A stretch of DNA of 64,000 bases, from contig DF237150.1 of the NCBI GenBank assembly GCA_000708835.1, forward strand, positions 61,528 to 125,527, read 5' to 3'. The DNA is from Klebsormidium nitens (taxonomy: Eukaryota > Plantae > Klebsormidiophyceae). How positions within the stretch are numbered: position 1 is the stretch's first letter; every line of letters starts with the position of its first letter. This document shows positions 1 through 12,898 of this stretch, one piece after another. The notes beneath the pieces were generated by a model. The model made no database searches. It saw nothing but the letters and a program-made list of their open reading frames with translations, and was not told the origin of the DNA. The translations under genes were made by a program, and so were the position numbers.

Positions 1-183
1 CCGGAGGATTCCAAACCCCCAACCCCCACCCTCTGAACTGAACATAGGGGGTCAGCTTCAACATGACCTTACCCTAAAGCTGGTTCACTTTCAAATCACC
101 TAGTATTAAACCAGAAAGGTTTGAAAGGGCCTGCATCAGCAGCATGGTCAATACTGGTGCTGAGGTCCTGAAGGGCAGAGATC

Positions 184-3100
184 ATGGTGTGGGCGGTTGT
201 GCACTTGCTGGCCGGACTTTTGCTTGCAGCTTTGTTCGACCTCTCTCTGGGCGCTGCATTCGGCCGTGATAGGTGGCCATACCCTCTGGCGCTAACATAC
301 GAGGTGCTGCTCTTGCTTAACGTGCCTGTTAACAAGAACGCTTGCTACCTGGTCAAGAATTACCTGTATTTGAGCGCCTTGGTGTCCATCATTCCAGCAA
401 TATGCCAAGAGTCTGTCCCATGGTGGTTGCCTCCCTTGCTCGCTATCCTCCTCTGTGTCCACTTACTTGGTTTCAGGAGATGGTCGGTGCGCTTCGTAAC
501 GGCAGCATTAGTTTGCGGCATTTTCCTTAAAGACAAGGCTCCACGTGCCCACTTCTTCCTGTTTTGGATTGGGCTGGGACTCGTGGACATGCTAAAACCA
601 GTTGATTCAGTCGCTGCTTTGGGCACTCTCTTAGTCCACGCAAATGTTAGCCCCCAAACGAGCAGATTGGTAGTAGCAGCATGCAGCATTGGCTGCGCAG
701 GCCTCTTGCACCTGGTGCATAATTGGGACGTCAAGGGAATGCTTGGCGAGAAGCTCGCGGGGGCGCACTGGTAAGAGTTGCTCGGTTATGCAGGATTGAG
801 ATGCTACAAGATTGCTTGTCCCTTAAAGAAAATGGAGCATAGCATTAGCTTTATTGGACGCTGTCTGCCACGTTCCTGTCTGATGCGGTTCCATGGAAAT
901 TGAAACGTGGAGTCAGTGCACGCTGCTTTGACAATACTCAGGGCACGCTGCTTTACTGGTATTCAGTTCCAAAGGTGGTTATGGCACGTTGATTTTGAGG
1001 TCTGCTTGCCCGCAGTGCCTTCTTTTCTGATCAAGAGCATCAGTTGACGGCAAAACGATGTCCTATTACATCGCTGCATGGTTCAATCTTCCCCTAAACC
1101 AGCTGACCTGCAAGATTCTTTGTCCTGGAGAGCTCGCTTGGGGATAGTCACACCTGATTGAATCCGGGGGATACGGAATGGATTCCTCGTTAATAGTCAA
1201 GCTTCCAAGCCTTGACAGATCCAACTTTGGTGATGCAGGCTACATGACGGAAAGGTCGGGAAGCTCCGGAGCATTTTCACCTTGGGGGTGGTGACACCAT
1301 GGAGCTCTGTCACCTAGATGCGGCTGCAGCAGGAGACAGCCTGGGCAGCGCTAGGCCTCTGCTTTGAAGTTTTGCATGGGCCCAAAACACGCGCGTGGAT
1401 TGCAGCCAGAGTGGAGCAAGAGAGGAGCAAGGCTGCAGAGTACCAGTTGGACTGGTGAGCAGCGGATTCAGTCTCCTCGCTGTTATGTCAGCAGCGCTTG
1501 GCTGAAGTTGTCTCCATTTCTGAGAATCCTACCTTTTATCAGTTTCGTCAGGGAATGGTAATATGCACATAAGTGCGGACAACAAACAGATTCTTACCTG
1601 CGTTACTTCAGGGTTTTTTCTTCATGCAAATGTTTGGAGCAGTTTCTCTGTCAAAAGGATAGTACATGCTCTGGCAGCCAGCAGAGGTGGCCGCCTGCAA
1701 GATATCTCTCTGATAAGAAATCTCGAAAGCGCCAACCCTTGAATTGTGTACTTCCTGTCATTTGTTGATTCCAGCTTCTTCTGCGTGCAGCTATATTCAC
1801 GCCGACAATTGTCACGAAGCGCCGAGCTTCGACCAGGACCCTGAAGACACCGAAGACCTCAGCTTTCTGTGCTCAAAAGCCAGTCTCTTTGCATTCATTC
1901 AGCGGCGCCCTCTCAGCGAGGCGTACATGGTTGAGATCTTCATTAGGAGCGAGCTGCACGTCAAAGGAATGCAATGGCAGGACGCAGTGAAAGTCTTAGC
2001 GCATCTCAGCTACCTCAGAAGCCCCAATGTGCCGTATGCGGACCGATTCTACCTTGCTCTCAAGCTGCTGAAGTGGTGCCGGTCCGCTTTGGAAAAGGAG
2101 GCGGACTCCCTGCACATGTGCGACGTGGAAGGCAGTTTTGCAGGCCTCGGAAATCTGGCAAGCGGCGACGCAAGTAAGCGCTCCAAAATTCCTTTAGATT
2201 GGCAAGAGTCTCAAGATCGGGAATCATTATCAAAGCTCCTTCTTGCTTTGCGAAACCGGTTTGGAGAACCTCTCGTTTAATTCGACTGAGGTCGTTGAGG
2301 TGCTTCTCAGTCCGAAACTGAGCTGCAAATGACGGTCTCCCCTCCTTGGAGTTGTGTTATAGAAAGATGACAGTACAGCTGGCCGGCACCAGTCCATTTA
2401 CATTTTTACAGCGGATATCAACATACAGGAAACCTGGACACATACCTCGTAAAGGTCCCTTCTTGTCCCTTCCTGATACAAGCCTATTCAAAAAGCAATC
2501 TCAAAGAAATCAATGGCAGAATATGTAGCGAAATTGACTTCAAAAGGGGTCACGTACTAGGCCCTAAAGGTCTGTTCGAGACAGTGTTAAAGATATATAC
2601 ACTGGTTGAAATTGCGTTTCCAGCTTGATGGGCGGCTTGTATTGCTAGATTGTAGGGTGGAATCGGATGAAGGTCTGATCGCATGAGTCTCAATCTGTGA
2701 TTGTCCTTGCAGAGATAGGCTTCTACTTCTCAAGCGAGCGCCTCTTCTCCATTGTCGCGGCAATCCTGAACCCGTCCCCAAGTCTAGCAGCAAGTTGCAC
2801 GCTCGCAGGAAACGAAAGCTTCCAGAACTTCGAGCAGCCCTTTGAGCACTACGACTGCGGGTACCGGAGATCAGAACTCTGCGATGCCCGGAAGAGACTC
2901 AGAGCTTCAATTGGTTCAAATTGCGCAAGAAATGAAAGAGCGTCTGCAGTTTTGCCTAGGACAATTTTGGCCGCTTTGGACGGCGAACCTTTGGGGCCGT
3001 CATTCAAGAATTGGAGAAGCTTTACATGGTCTTACGCTGTTCACTGGGCCCAGAGAACCTTAGAGACCGGTGACATTGCCGAACATCGGGAGCTCCTTCA

Positions 3101-5260
3101 GTGTTGCACGTCTTTCAGAAAGGTTCAGCAGACAATGCAAAACAAGACGAAAGAATGGATACGCAAGTATCGTGTGGGGGTCTGGTACCGCTTGCTCACG
3201 TCAGCGGTGCGCTTGATCAGCAGTCTCAGCATAGATGACATCAACCACAATTGGCTACTAGAGCAAGGGGCGCTTCAAGCCTTGAAGAAGATTCTGCAGT
3301 TCTTGCCGGCAGACAGGATGCGGAGCGCGCAGCAAGAGGCGGCGCTGTTCATCTACCGCCTCTTCGAGAATCAGAGGTAAGAACCCCCTTGTTTCAGAAG
3401 AGAAGAAGACTGCGAAGCTTCCTATGGCGTTTCTGTGTGTCGGCCCCCTGATTGGAGCGAGACACAACGTTTTTATCGACGTCTGTAATGCTTGAAGTGA
3501 TCGAACTTGCATGGTATCCCAGTCTGAGCTTGGCAGATACGGCCGAAACAAGTCTTCACTTTCGTGCTCGAAGCGTTGCATCAAGACGTGACTGGAGAGA
3601 ATCAGCAGTTGGTAAACGATTGTAGCAGTCACGTCATTTGATCCTGCGTCACATCTGGTTGATATGTTGGTAAAGACGGCACCAGACCTGCAGTAGTCAG
3701 CTCCGGCGGCTTAAGTCTTTTTTCCATTCTCATTTGCTGGCCCTCTTTTCAAAACCGCGGTTTGCTTGTGAGCTGACAGCTTCCGACCACAATTCAGCCT
3801 AACCGGAGTCGATACGTCTATCTGCGAGCATAGTCGACCCCCGAAACCTCGGTCCTTCAAAACGTGGCAAAATCATATCTTTCTTTTCAGGGTGCACGTT
3901 ATCGTCCGCCAGTCCCCGGCTTTGATGGTGACAACCGGCGAGATCATCTCCGCGCTTCGAGCCATCGACAACGACCTGTTTGGCGAGGGGTGGGGGACGC
4001 GAATTGGAACACAGCTATACGAAGAGCTCGTCGGAGGAGCGAGTCTGGACAAGAAGAGCAGTGGTGAGTCACTCTGGATAATGATAAAGGTTCAATCAAG
4101 TGGTGAGGCACTCTGGATAAAGAAGAAGGTGCAATCAAGTAGCGCGGCTCGACACAGAGAACCGGTGCTAAGAGACAGACGCATCGCTGCATTCCGGATG
4201 GAGAGATTGAAGGGTGAGATACGCGGGTTAGCTCGAAGTCTGTCTGACGTTTATGGTGATCCGAGGTCGCGGTTGAGTAGCTCCGATGTCTAAAACCCTT
4301 CTTGGTGATTCATTACATGCGAGTTTGTGATACAGCTCAGGAAGCCGTTGCTTGTTGCCATGAACACTTGAAAACGGACGGTCCAATCCTCTCCTCTTTT
4401 GAGGTGCTTTTCATCTCTTGAATGTTGCAATGGCCTCGAAGGTCTCATTCGCTCTGAAGCATCTGACATTATCTGGGTCCGACATTCACAACCTACAAAA
4501 CTCGAGTTGCCCCGGCTGTTGACTGGCTGTTCAATGACCGCAACCCGATCCCGTTCTTGTCTTTGCTCAGGGACGGACGGCCGATCTGCTCGACTCGGTA
4601 GCGCCAGCGCATCATCTTCGTCGAGGCGCCACCCGGTGAAAGGAGCGCGGCATCAGAAGGCTAGCAAGAAGAGCGTGGTAAGGGAGGTTGCCATGACCCC
4701 TTCTTTGGCTGACTTTAACGGTTTTCTTTCACGAACCAATCTCAAAGTGCCAGCACTTTGTCCGTCAAACTCAGGGAGACATTTTAGCTACACGCTGGTT
4801 ACTGTTCTCGGTCCTTCTAGGGATGTGAACAAGATCTGCCTTCGGTAAAAAATGACCAGAAAACCTTCTCGACAATGTATGATGATAGTTGTCAATCTTG
4901 GAAAGACTTCGTGCGGTCCGGGACTGTCCCAGACGACGACATGTCTGCTTGATATTGCGCGTTGCTTGAATGAGAAAAAAGGAAACGGGCTGCTTACCGA
5001 ATGAGAGACGAGAGTGCGTAATAACACCCGCCCAAGGATGCTTTGGACTGCTTATCTATATGAAGCTGAAACGTTTGACTTTTTCACTCGCTGACGGATC
5101 GTGTTGCATGCAGAAGTGTGCACGAGAGGGGTGCAGCTTGGAGCGGCAATCTGGGGTGAAGCTCAAGATCTGCGCTGGATGTAGGCAAGTTCGATATTGC
5201 TCAAAGGAGTGCCAAATAGCAGATTTCCCTTCGCACAAACTCGTTTGCAAGTCAGAATAG
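184..5260 (+). pseudogene. Copy 1 of 7-exon membrane-domain/helical/MYND-finger family; in-frame TAG in exon 2 (may be functional if exon 2 is skipped)
   Basis: Exons 184-770, 1239-1454, 1791-2173, 2713-3376, 3891-4063, 4571-4677, 5114-5260, all GT-AG, intron phases 2,2,1,2,1,0. Last exon KCAREGC..CAGCRQVRYCSKECQIADFPSHKLVC fits MYND spacing. TAG at 1315-1317 lies where paralogues have W/Y/F. Confidence 0.75.
4060..4137 (+). repeat. 39-bp tandem duplication spanning the exon-5 splice donor of copy 1
   Basis: agtggtgagtcactctggataatgataaaggttcaatca followed by agtggtgaggcactctggataaagaagaaggtgcaatca; gtgag donors at 4064 and 4103. Confidence 0.85.
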
Positions 5261-7799
5261 CAGCGCGTGAAAGCAAGTCTTGATTCGAGCGCAACAAGAT
5301 TTGTAGGGAAGAAGCAGATTCTTGCTATATGTTGGATGTTCATATGCATGATCAGTCGAAGGCAACGAACCATGACAATCTTTAAGCGGCAGAGATATCG
5401 ATCGGATATAGGGGATGTACTTTATAAGTGTACAGATTCTCCGCAGGAGCTTCAAAGCCTGTACTGAACGCCTTCCATAATAGATAGAAGATTGTACTGT
5501 TGTATTATAAATGATCAAATGCACGTCATGGCATCCCATGCAAGGCGCATGCGCATTGATATCTAGTTAGATGAGAAGTTTGCTGCGTCTATCGCAAGTG
5601 CATACACCAGAATTTCACTCTTGGAAGGTGTATTCACTAGATCCGAATTCTGCCTCCAAATTTCATGATACGTAGTCTGTTTGAGTCACAGCTAGGGTGA
5701 CAAGCCAGTGACCTTGCAGGCGACGCTGAGTCATATCCGAGCAATTCGAATCCGCGTGACCATTGTCGCATCAATTCACGTGACCAATTAAGCGTCCATC
5801 AATTGACACTTTCATCTGGCACATATCCAGTGACTTCAAAGCCCTTGAAGTTTGTTGAAGCACCAACGCGGATCGTCTGCGCTCACTTGATAATGTATAT
5901 GTTCAATTGAATTATGGGTAAGTGATACGTCATTACCAAGTTCTCGAAAAAGTCACGTGACATGCCGCTACTGCGGCAGCTCGCCAAGCACATGAACAAC
6001 AAAGCCTCAGATTTAAGAGATTGGCGTTCAAATGGAGGGCGATCGTCACTATCAATTCCGGCTCTTCCCGTAATCGGTCTGGCAAAGTCACGTATGTGCT
6101 TGCCCCGCCGCGCGCCAGCCGGATCAAGCTGCTGGCCGCGCTAGCTGTTCAGGCTATATTGTGCATAATATCATTGGACCGCTGCACCGCACCAACATTC
6201 ATGATTCGATTGTTTCAAATCAGCAAGCAAAGTCGATACTCGATCGGCCTCGCGAGGAAGCGACCTCATTACATTACTGAATGTCGGAAGTTGCATCGAG
6301 AAAGCGTCATGCATGCATAAGTCCAGGTTGTTAAATGCTATCCTCATGTCTGTGTATACATGAATGGTAAGGGTCAACGTTTAAATCGACACGCTTATAC
6401 CTCTAAGATTTCATCAGCCTGTCCTCTATGTACAATTCAAAGAGCGTGATGCTCTCGCTTTCTTTGAGGCGCACCGGTGAATTGAGTCCTGTACTGCGGC
6501 CGTCCTTTCACCCTGGGCCCGTTAAACCAAACATTTGATCCTCTGACTCGTGCACAACTGTACTTATACTCCAAACACTAGGACTCAAATGTTTCTGGGC
6601 AGGTCATTACGGCGAACTTACGTGCACGCAGTCAAAATTCTTTGAGAGACGGCTCAAGTCTACCTGTCAGTCGCTAGCTCTCACATGTACACCGCCATAT
6701 ATGTCTGCGTAGCCATACACGTTGTTTGCTCTGGGATTGCTCGGTGCCCTATGGAAGTCTTTCTCATGGCTTGCAAACAATTCGATGCGAAGCAAAGTCC
6801 GCTTTCTGACACTCTTTTGAGCAGTACCGGACCTGCCGACAGCGGGCGCATGTTTTCAACTTGGCAGCTGTTTGACCCTCCACGTTGCAGCCGTCTCGTG
6901 CACACGTCTGCACAGAAGACGATCGAATCCGACTCTTTGATTTCTAAGTCGGCCGTGAAGCTCTGTCCATAGCCTTTTGAACGAGTCACTGGATTGGTCT
7001 GTCACAAGAGTCATGACGAGTATTACGCGGGGCATGTGCTTCTAGGGGTTTCGCTTTCTACTTTAGCTGTTTTACATTCATGAGCAAACTCACAGCCATG
7101 TGAAAGCATTTGGACCCAGCAGAATTTATCGACCGCCTTTTCATGTGGCCACGTAGCTGGTATCTACCCGAAAAGGCGTTTGCATAACGTCGCTTTTGCA
7201 TACATCCTTTACACACAAGAAACGCGTATCGAACCTGTTTCGCAGGAATGTCTGGATGATCGCAAACCAAGGAAACAATACAGCGACGAGAACCGACTTG
7301 TTCGATCGCCGGACAGGTGCACACAAGATGATCGGTAAAGATTGATCGTACACTTGGCTTGCCGCTCCTTCTCTTGTGAGCATCCCCCTGAACGGTGCCG
7401 TCCGGCGGTGAAGGCCGGCCGGCGCTCGCCTCGAAACAAAAGCGAGCGTCCGTATCTGCAAAAGGGAGAGCAGCGGTAGGATCAGTGCTCACAGGTGGAC
7501 GGACAATAGGGACCTGCCAAAGCACGGGGTGTTAGGTTGCACAAGATCCTACACTACTTGGAAAACATAAGCTCGTGTGTGTTCATGAAGGTGAACAAAA
7601 GGCTGCTACGTCAGGGAGTCTTCGCAAGCGCCACTCATAGGGAAGTCAGATAACTATTCAGGACCTCATTCACGAAGCGCCAACGTTCCGAAGAACATCC
7701 AGACCCATGCATCTCAAAGCGCCTCTAAATCTCTTCGCCTCCACTGTTTGCCATTCCGCCATCCACTTTTCCATATAAAGAAGCTCATTCATTGACCCT

Positions 7800-8145
7800 G
7801 TCCAAAAAGGCGTCCGGAAAGGCGTCTAAAAGAGTGTCTGCAAAGTCGTCCGCAAGAGTGTCTGGAAACTCGTCCGGAGGGAAGTCCGAGGAAGAAACAG
7901 AGCAAAGGAGGCAGAGCTGGCGGAGGAAGAATGGGCGCCCGGAACGGCTTCCCGGACGTCCGAAATAGCGTCCGAAAGGGCGTCCGCAAGAGTGACTAAT
8001 TCGTCCAAAAGCGAGTCTAAGGAAGAAACAGAGGAAAGAAAGCAGAGTTGGCTGGCGGAGGAAGACTAGACGCTTGGAGCTGCTTCCCAAGCGTCCGAAA
8101 AAGCGTCCGTAGAAGCGTCCCAAGAAGCGTCCGCTGGAGGGTCCA
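7800..8145. repeat. 12-bp-period (c/t)gtc(c/t)-core array with a ~130-bp higher-order duplication, in intron 5 of copy 2
   Basis: cgtccggaaagg cgtctaaaagag tgtctgcaaagt cgtccgcaagag...; blocks starting gaagaaacagag..ctggcggaggaag occur near 7891 and 8021. Confidence 0.8.
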
Positions 8146-11100
8146 CTGGGGACCGTTTCAGAAGCCGGTCAGGATCTTAAAGCGTCCAAGGCCTGCCGGT
8201 TGTATCTATGCAACGTCTCACCTTCCGCTGCTTTGAAGAGCTCTTCGTACAGTTGGAGCCCCATTCGTTGTCCCCAGCCTTCGTCAAAAAGGTCGCTGTC
8301 GATGGAGACAAGCTCGGCGACAATCTCTCGAAGAAGGCCCGTCAGAACGGGAGACTCGCCAATGATCCTGTGCACTCTGTCAAAAGTACGGATTGGGTTA
8401 GTCTCAAGGAGCTCGTATATTCCAGAGATTATTTCCTGGGGGTGCCCCTTCTTGATTTTTATTTCAGTGGGGCGCCCCTGCTTGAGCTCTGTAACTTCAA
8501 GAAGTACAGACTCACAATAAGAGACGCATACTGGCTGTCGAATGCAGACCGCACGTTTTGCAAGCAACAAGGCGTCGCGCAGGCCGTTGTGCAGGTGTTA
8601 AAATCAAATAATGTCAACCGGAAGGCGGAATTCGCTGCTTCATCGTGTCCGATCTACGAACATCTGGGGCAAACTTCATTGGTAAGAGGAAGCAGGTTCC
8701 GAAGCTCTTTGAATCCAACAGGCATGATACTAGAGCCGCTCTGAGACTACGTTGATTCGAAATTGCATAAGACGTCTCCCAATCTGACACTACCATAATG
8801 ATTTAAAGTACCCCAAGAATCTTTGAACACTGTTTTAGCTGAGTCAAATAAGCGGCGGTTCCTTACGCGCGGTTCTCGAAGAGCCGGTAGACAAATAGCG
8901 CCGCCTCTTGGTGCCCGCTCCGCATCCTGTCCGCCGGCAGATACTGCAGAATCTTCCTCACGGCTTGCAGCGCGCCTTGCTTCAGCATCCACTCATGATT
9001 AGAAGCCTCTGTGCTTAGACTGCTCATCAGCCGCAGAGCCGCGGTCAGCAATCGGTACCACACCCCGATCGGAAATCTAGCTACGAGAGGAGACGTGGCG
9101 GCGTTTCCCGGCGGATCAAACGCTCCGAAGAGGTGGCGGATCGAGTACCAGGCCAGGAGCATTCTGAAAGTGAGCGAGTCTTGACTCGACAAGCTGGCGG
9201 TCATAGGCGTTTGCAGCTCCACGGGCAAGTCCGCCCGGGGGAGTGGCCTTAGAGGAACTTCGGTGCGATCAGGCCTCGCTGTTGTTGACGCTCTGACTCT
9301 CCTGCGTGTCTCGCTGAGGTCCCACTCCGCGTAGCCGGTGTCACTGTGCTCGAAGTGGTCTTCGAAATACAAGAACTCCTTGGCGGCCTTGTTGAAAATG
9401 CTCGTCGCGAGGAGCGCGGACGGGTTGAGGAGAGCGGCGAGGATGGAGAACAGGCGCTCGTTTTTCAGGAAAGCCCCCGTGACTGCAAATACGACATTGG
9501 AGTAGAGCTATTGTCACTGACTGCGAGTTCTGTTGATTTTTTCCATTGAAGAAAGAACACAACAGAGTGCGTTGAAGCTCATCTCGCCCAAAAATGCAGT
9601 CGTGACCGCGAAATTACGTCTTTCAAGCTTTGCTATACTTGATATCGCAACCGTTCTTTCAACCCTAGAGAGCGGCTTGCCTGTACCTTCCCGGTCCGTC
9701 TACTCTACCGCCAGTGACAAGTCGATCAGAAGAGATTTTACGCGCAAGCAAGTCTCTGTCTTCGCCTCGACACGTCATTTACTGGAGAGATCACAATCGC
9801 TAAGATAATTCGAGACGCTGCTCCGAGGCCGCAAGGTAAATCTGTGGTTTAGGTGACATAGATCTGTGGACCGGGTGACCAATAGGTTTGATAAGGGAAT
9901 TGATAACCTTGGGGAGCCAAGCGCGCACATCGTCGGGTGTAAGTTCTTTAACCAAGTCCAATCATGCGGACTGCATACTGCCTAAATGTCAAGAGTAAGC
10001 TTTCGAGGTTTACCTGAGTCGCCGCTCGCCAAGTTCGCCAGGCCTCCGAGGCCCACCTTCAGATCGCGCACGTCAGACGTTTCCCCAACCTCCACGTGTC
10101 GCTTCTCAACGGCACTCCGACAGAGATTCACGAGCTGACGCGCAAGACGCAGACGCAACGGGCGGTCTAGATCGAGAGCTTTCACGAAGCTCAAAGGTGC
10201 AAGTGCCTCCACTGCCATCCGCTTTTGGGCCATCGCACGTTCTTCCACTTTGCCTTGATCAACACTTGCGATCAGAAATTCTCCGACCGAACGCTTCTGG
10301 GGGACTAGTTGGCCTCTGAATGAGCAAAGGAACTACAAGTCTGCCATGTCGTCAGAGTTCTGGTCGAAGTAGGGAGCCTGCCCGGTTTTGTCGGCGCGAA
10401 TGTAGCTGGATGCAAAGGAAAAAACGCGTCACTGAGCCATCACAGTAGCATGCACGGATAGTCGGGATGTCGGAGCGATTGTAAAGTTCTCTGAGCCTTT
10501 CGGCCTCAGCGTGATCAGGACTTCCTTCGTACCGTACAGTATCCTTGTCACTATTCATTTGGCCAAAGCCGAAAGGCTACCGTATTGACACAAATTCCAG
10601 AGGACCATAACACTGGTTAGGGCGAGATTCAAAGGCCCATCAAAGCAAGCAGACAGAACAGATTGTGTGTTCCGATGAGAGTCAACAACCATTTTGCCCG
10701 GGCAGCTATTCAGACCTCGGATAGCCTTCAAAGAGAGACCCTTTACGAAGGCACCCACTCAAGAACTGATTCATTCATTTGACGAGAGCTTCAAAGCTCC
10801 TCACCAGTCCAACTGGAATTCAGCGGCCTTCCGCTTCTCCTGCTCCACTCTCGTTGCGATCCAATTGCATGCGTTGGGTGAGCAACGAGTAAGGCCAATG
10901 ACCGTTGCTGACGTTTCGTTGTACAGCCGCGGCCATGTGAGTGTGCTCCAGACCATATCAGCACACAGCCGGAGTTGCCTGCATAACCAGCAGCACTGCA
11001 TTCATAGCGGTATCCTGGCATACTTCAATGTTACTGGAGAGCTTGCGGTTGGCCGCACGCAGCATGGAATATTGCTGGACTTTATAACAATGAAGGCGGT

Positions 11101-11446
11101 ATATAGGTGTGCTGCGAATCGGTTATTCTTTTCCGCCTTGTTCAGTCTGTTCAAATTTCATCTGAGAATCTAGCATAGGAGGTGGTGGTCATAAGGAACT
11201 GAAAAACAACAACTCAAAGCAGATGATCATATGCACCGTCCTGGTCTCTTGCTGAGCTCTAAGACCAATCAGTTGCAGAACAGCTAAGACTCTTTTCAAA
11301 TTTTCTGCGGGTACTGTGAACGTCCAGCAAGCATATGGACCTCAACGCAAAAGTTTGAGGCGGCCAGTTTGAGCAGCTATGCCACAGGGTTCTTAGAAAC
11401 TAGAAGGAGGAACACATACAATAATGAATATGATTTAGCAAACACG

Positions 11447-11490
11447 AAGTCATCGCAACAGCAGCCATAAGTCATCGCAACAGCAGCCAT
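11447..11490. repeat. Perfect 22-bp tandem duplication in intron 1 of copy 2
   Basis: aagtcatcgcaacagcagccat x2. Confidence 0.9.
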
Positions 11491-12718
11491 TTTCTCCTTT
11501 ACTTCTGGCTTTCAGCGCTATTTGTAAGCCAGGCTTTGCACCACTTTACATCGGCTCAATCTTCATGGAAGGGGCAGTCTACAAATACCTCAGCCAGGTC
11601 CCTTCGTTGAACTTTCAATATGCATGCCTCTTCTTGCTGTGCTAACAATGCTTGGCGGAGAGACAAGCGTGGAGAGGTCAAAGATGCAGCAGATCAAGAC
11701 CGCATACGAAGCCTGTCAAACCGTCACCTAATCTGCTCTTAGCTCTTCGAAAGATTCCATAATGCATAAACAGGGCACAGCTTTAGCTCCTTCTCAAAAT
11801 TTTCGCAAAGCAGATTGTCCTCACCTGTCTCCCCAGGTGCCTGTGCTAAGATACCCCTCAGCAAACAGGTGGACCACCACAGATATCGAAGCATAAATCC
11901 CAAAAAGCATCAGGGCTGCCTCGGCTCTGTCTAGGCTGTGTGCACCTAGATGCAGTAGTAGAGTGCCAAGGAGAGCCGGATCGAAGGGTCCCATCTGTCG
12001 GTGTTGTAAAGCTAACCAATTGGTTATGAAGCAAACGCGGTCGCTTATACTATTGTTTCCGAGGTACGAAATGTAGAAGAGCCCCAATGCCCCCACAGCT
12101 ACTAATGCGCAAATAGTGTCTCCTGAAGTACGATAAGAGGAGAATTCAGACAAGAGAAGTCGCTATCTGCAGCCACCAAGGAGCAAATAGAAGAGCAGGA
12201 GGAAGGAGAATTTCCAGATTCTGCGCGTGCAGGTACCAGTACATGAGGTGCAGAATGTTCTGGTGGACTTGCAGGTTCAAAGCTTTGAGCACCTTGTAGA
12301 TGCACAGCACTGGGGCAGGCCAAGCTTCGCAGCCAAGAACAAAGGCTATGATCAGGTCTGCCAGCGGCCAAAGAGCAAACAAAAGCAGCTTCCGCAGCAT
12401 TCTGCGCCCCATTTTTCAACGGCGCCTTCCTGCAATTTGACAAGCTATGTCCTAGGCGCTGGTCCTGAGTTCATTCTTCTCTGAAGATCTGATCCCTCTT
12501 GCCGGCGCTTGCATTGGTTCGAAAGCTCACTCCGACTCGGATCGGCTGCTCATTAAAGCCTCGTCAACTACTGTAGCGAGGTGAAAGGCGCTTCTTCTCC
12601 GCAACGATTCAGAGCCCATTCAGAGTGCCTTCATGGCGCCTCGATCGCTCCGTAAGCAGGGTGGACTGAGCGACTCAGCGACTCCTGCCAGCACTGTCGG
12701 CGGCCCATGATCGGATCG

Positions 12719-12753
12719 CGTGCGGCTTGGTTCGGCCGAAGTTCGACACGTGT
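12719..12753 (-). promoter_or_regulatory. Conserved promoter module of copy 2 (G-box/ABRE-like ACACGTGTC)
   Basis: Minus strand acacgtgtcgaacttcggccgaaccaagccgcacg, ~335 bp upstream of ATG 12412; near-identical upstream of copies 3 and 4. Confidence 0.7.
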
Positions 12754-12898
12754 TATGGTCTTCTGAACGGAGGGTCCAGATCTTCGAAGGGCAAGAATCG
12801 GACGGTAGGATCGGGGTGGATGGGGCGTTACCCTTTGTCGACTTTTTTTAGTAAGTTAAATATATTTTTACAGAAGGGCGAGAAGTACGTCAACCACC

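Larger units (their letters stand above)
6764..12412 (-). pseudogene. Copy 2 of membrane/MYND family, inverted; three lesions
   Basis: Exons (minus) 12412-11825, 10978-10805, 10405-10014, 9482-8867, 8376-8222, 7455-7352, 6907-6764 (TCARDGC..CARCRQVRYCSKECQKADFASHRIVC). TGA at 12146-12148 and a +1 shift near 12100 in exon 1; TAG at 10333-10335 in exon 3 where copies 3 and 4 have Glu. Confidence 0.8.

Noticed and set aside
5540-6700. Spacer between the convergent 3' ends of copies 1 and 2, with two tcacgtgac boxes (near 5776 and 5953) and a 99-aa ORF (6021-6320)
   Set aside because: No recognisable domain or splice structure; isolated 6-8-mers are expected by chance.
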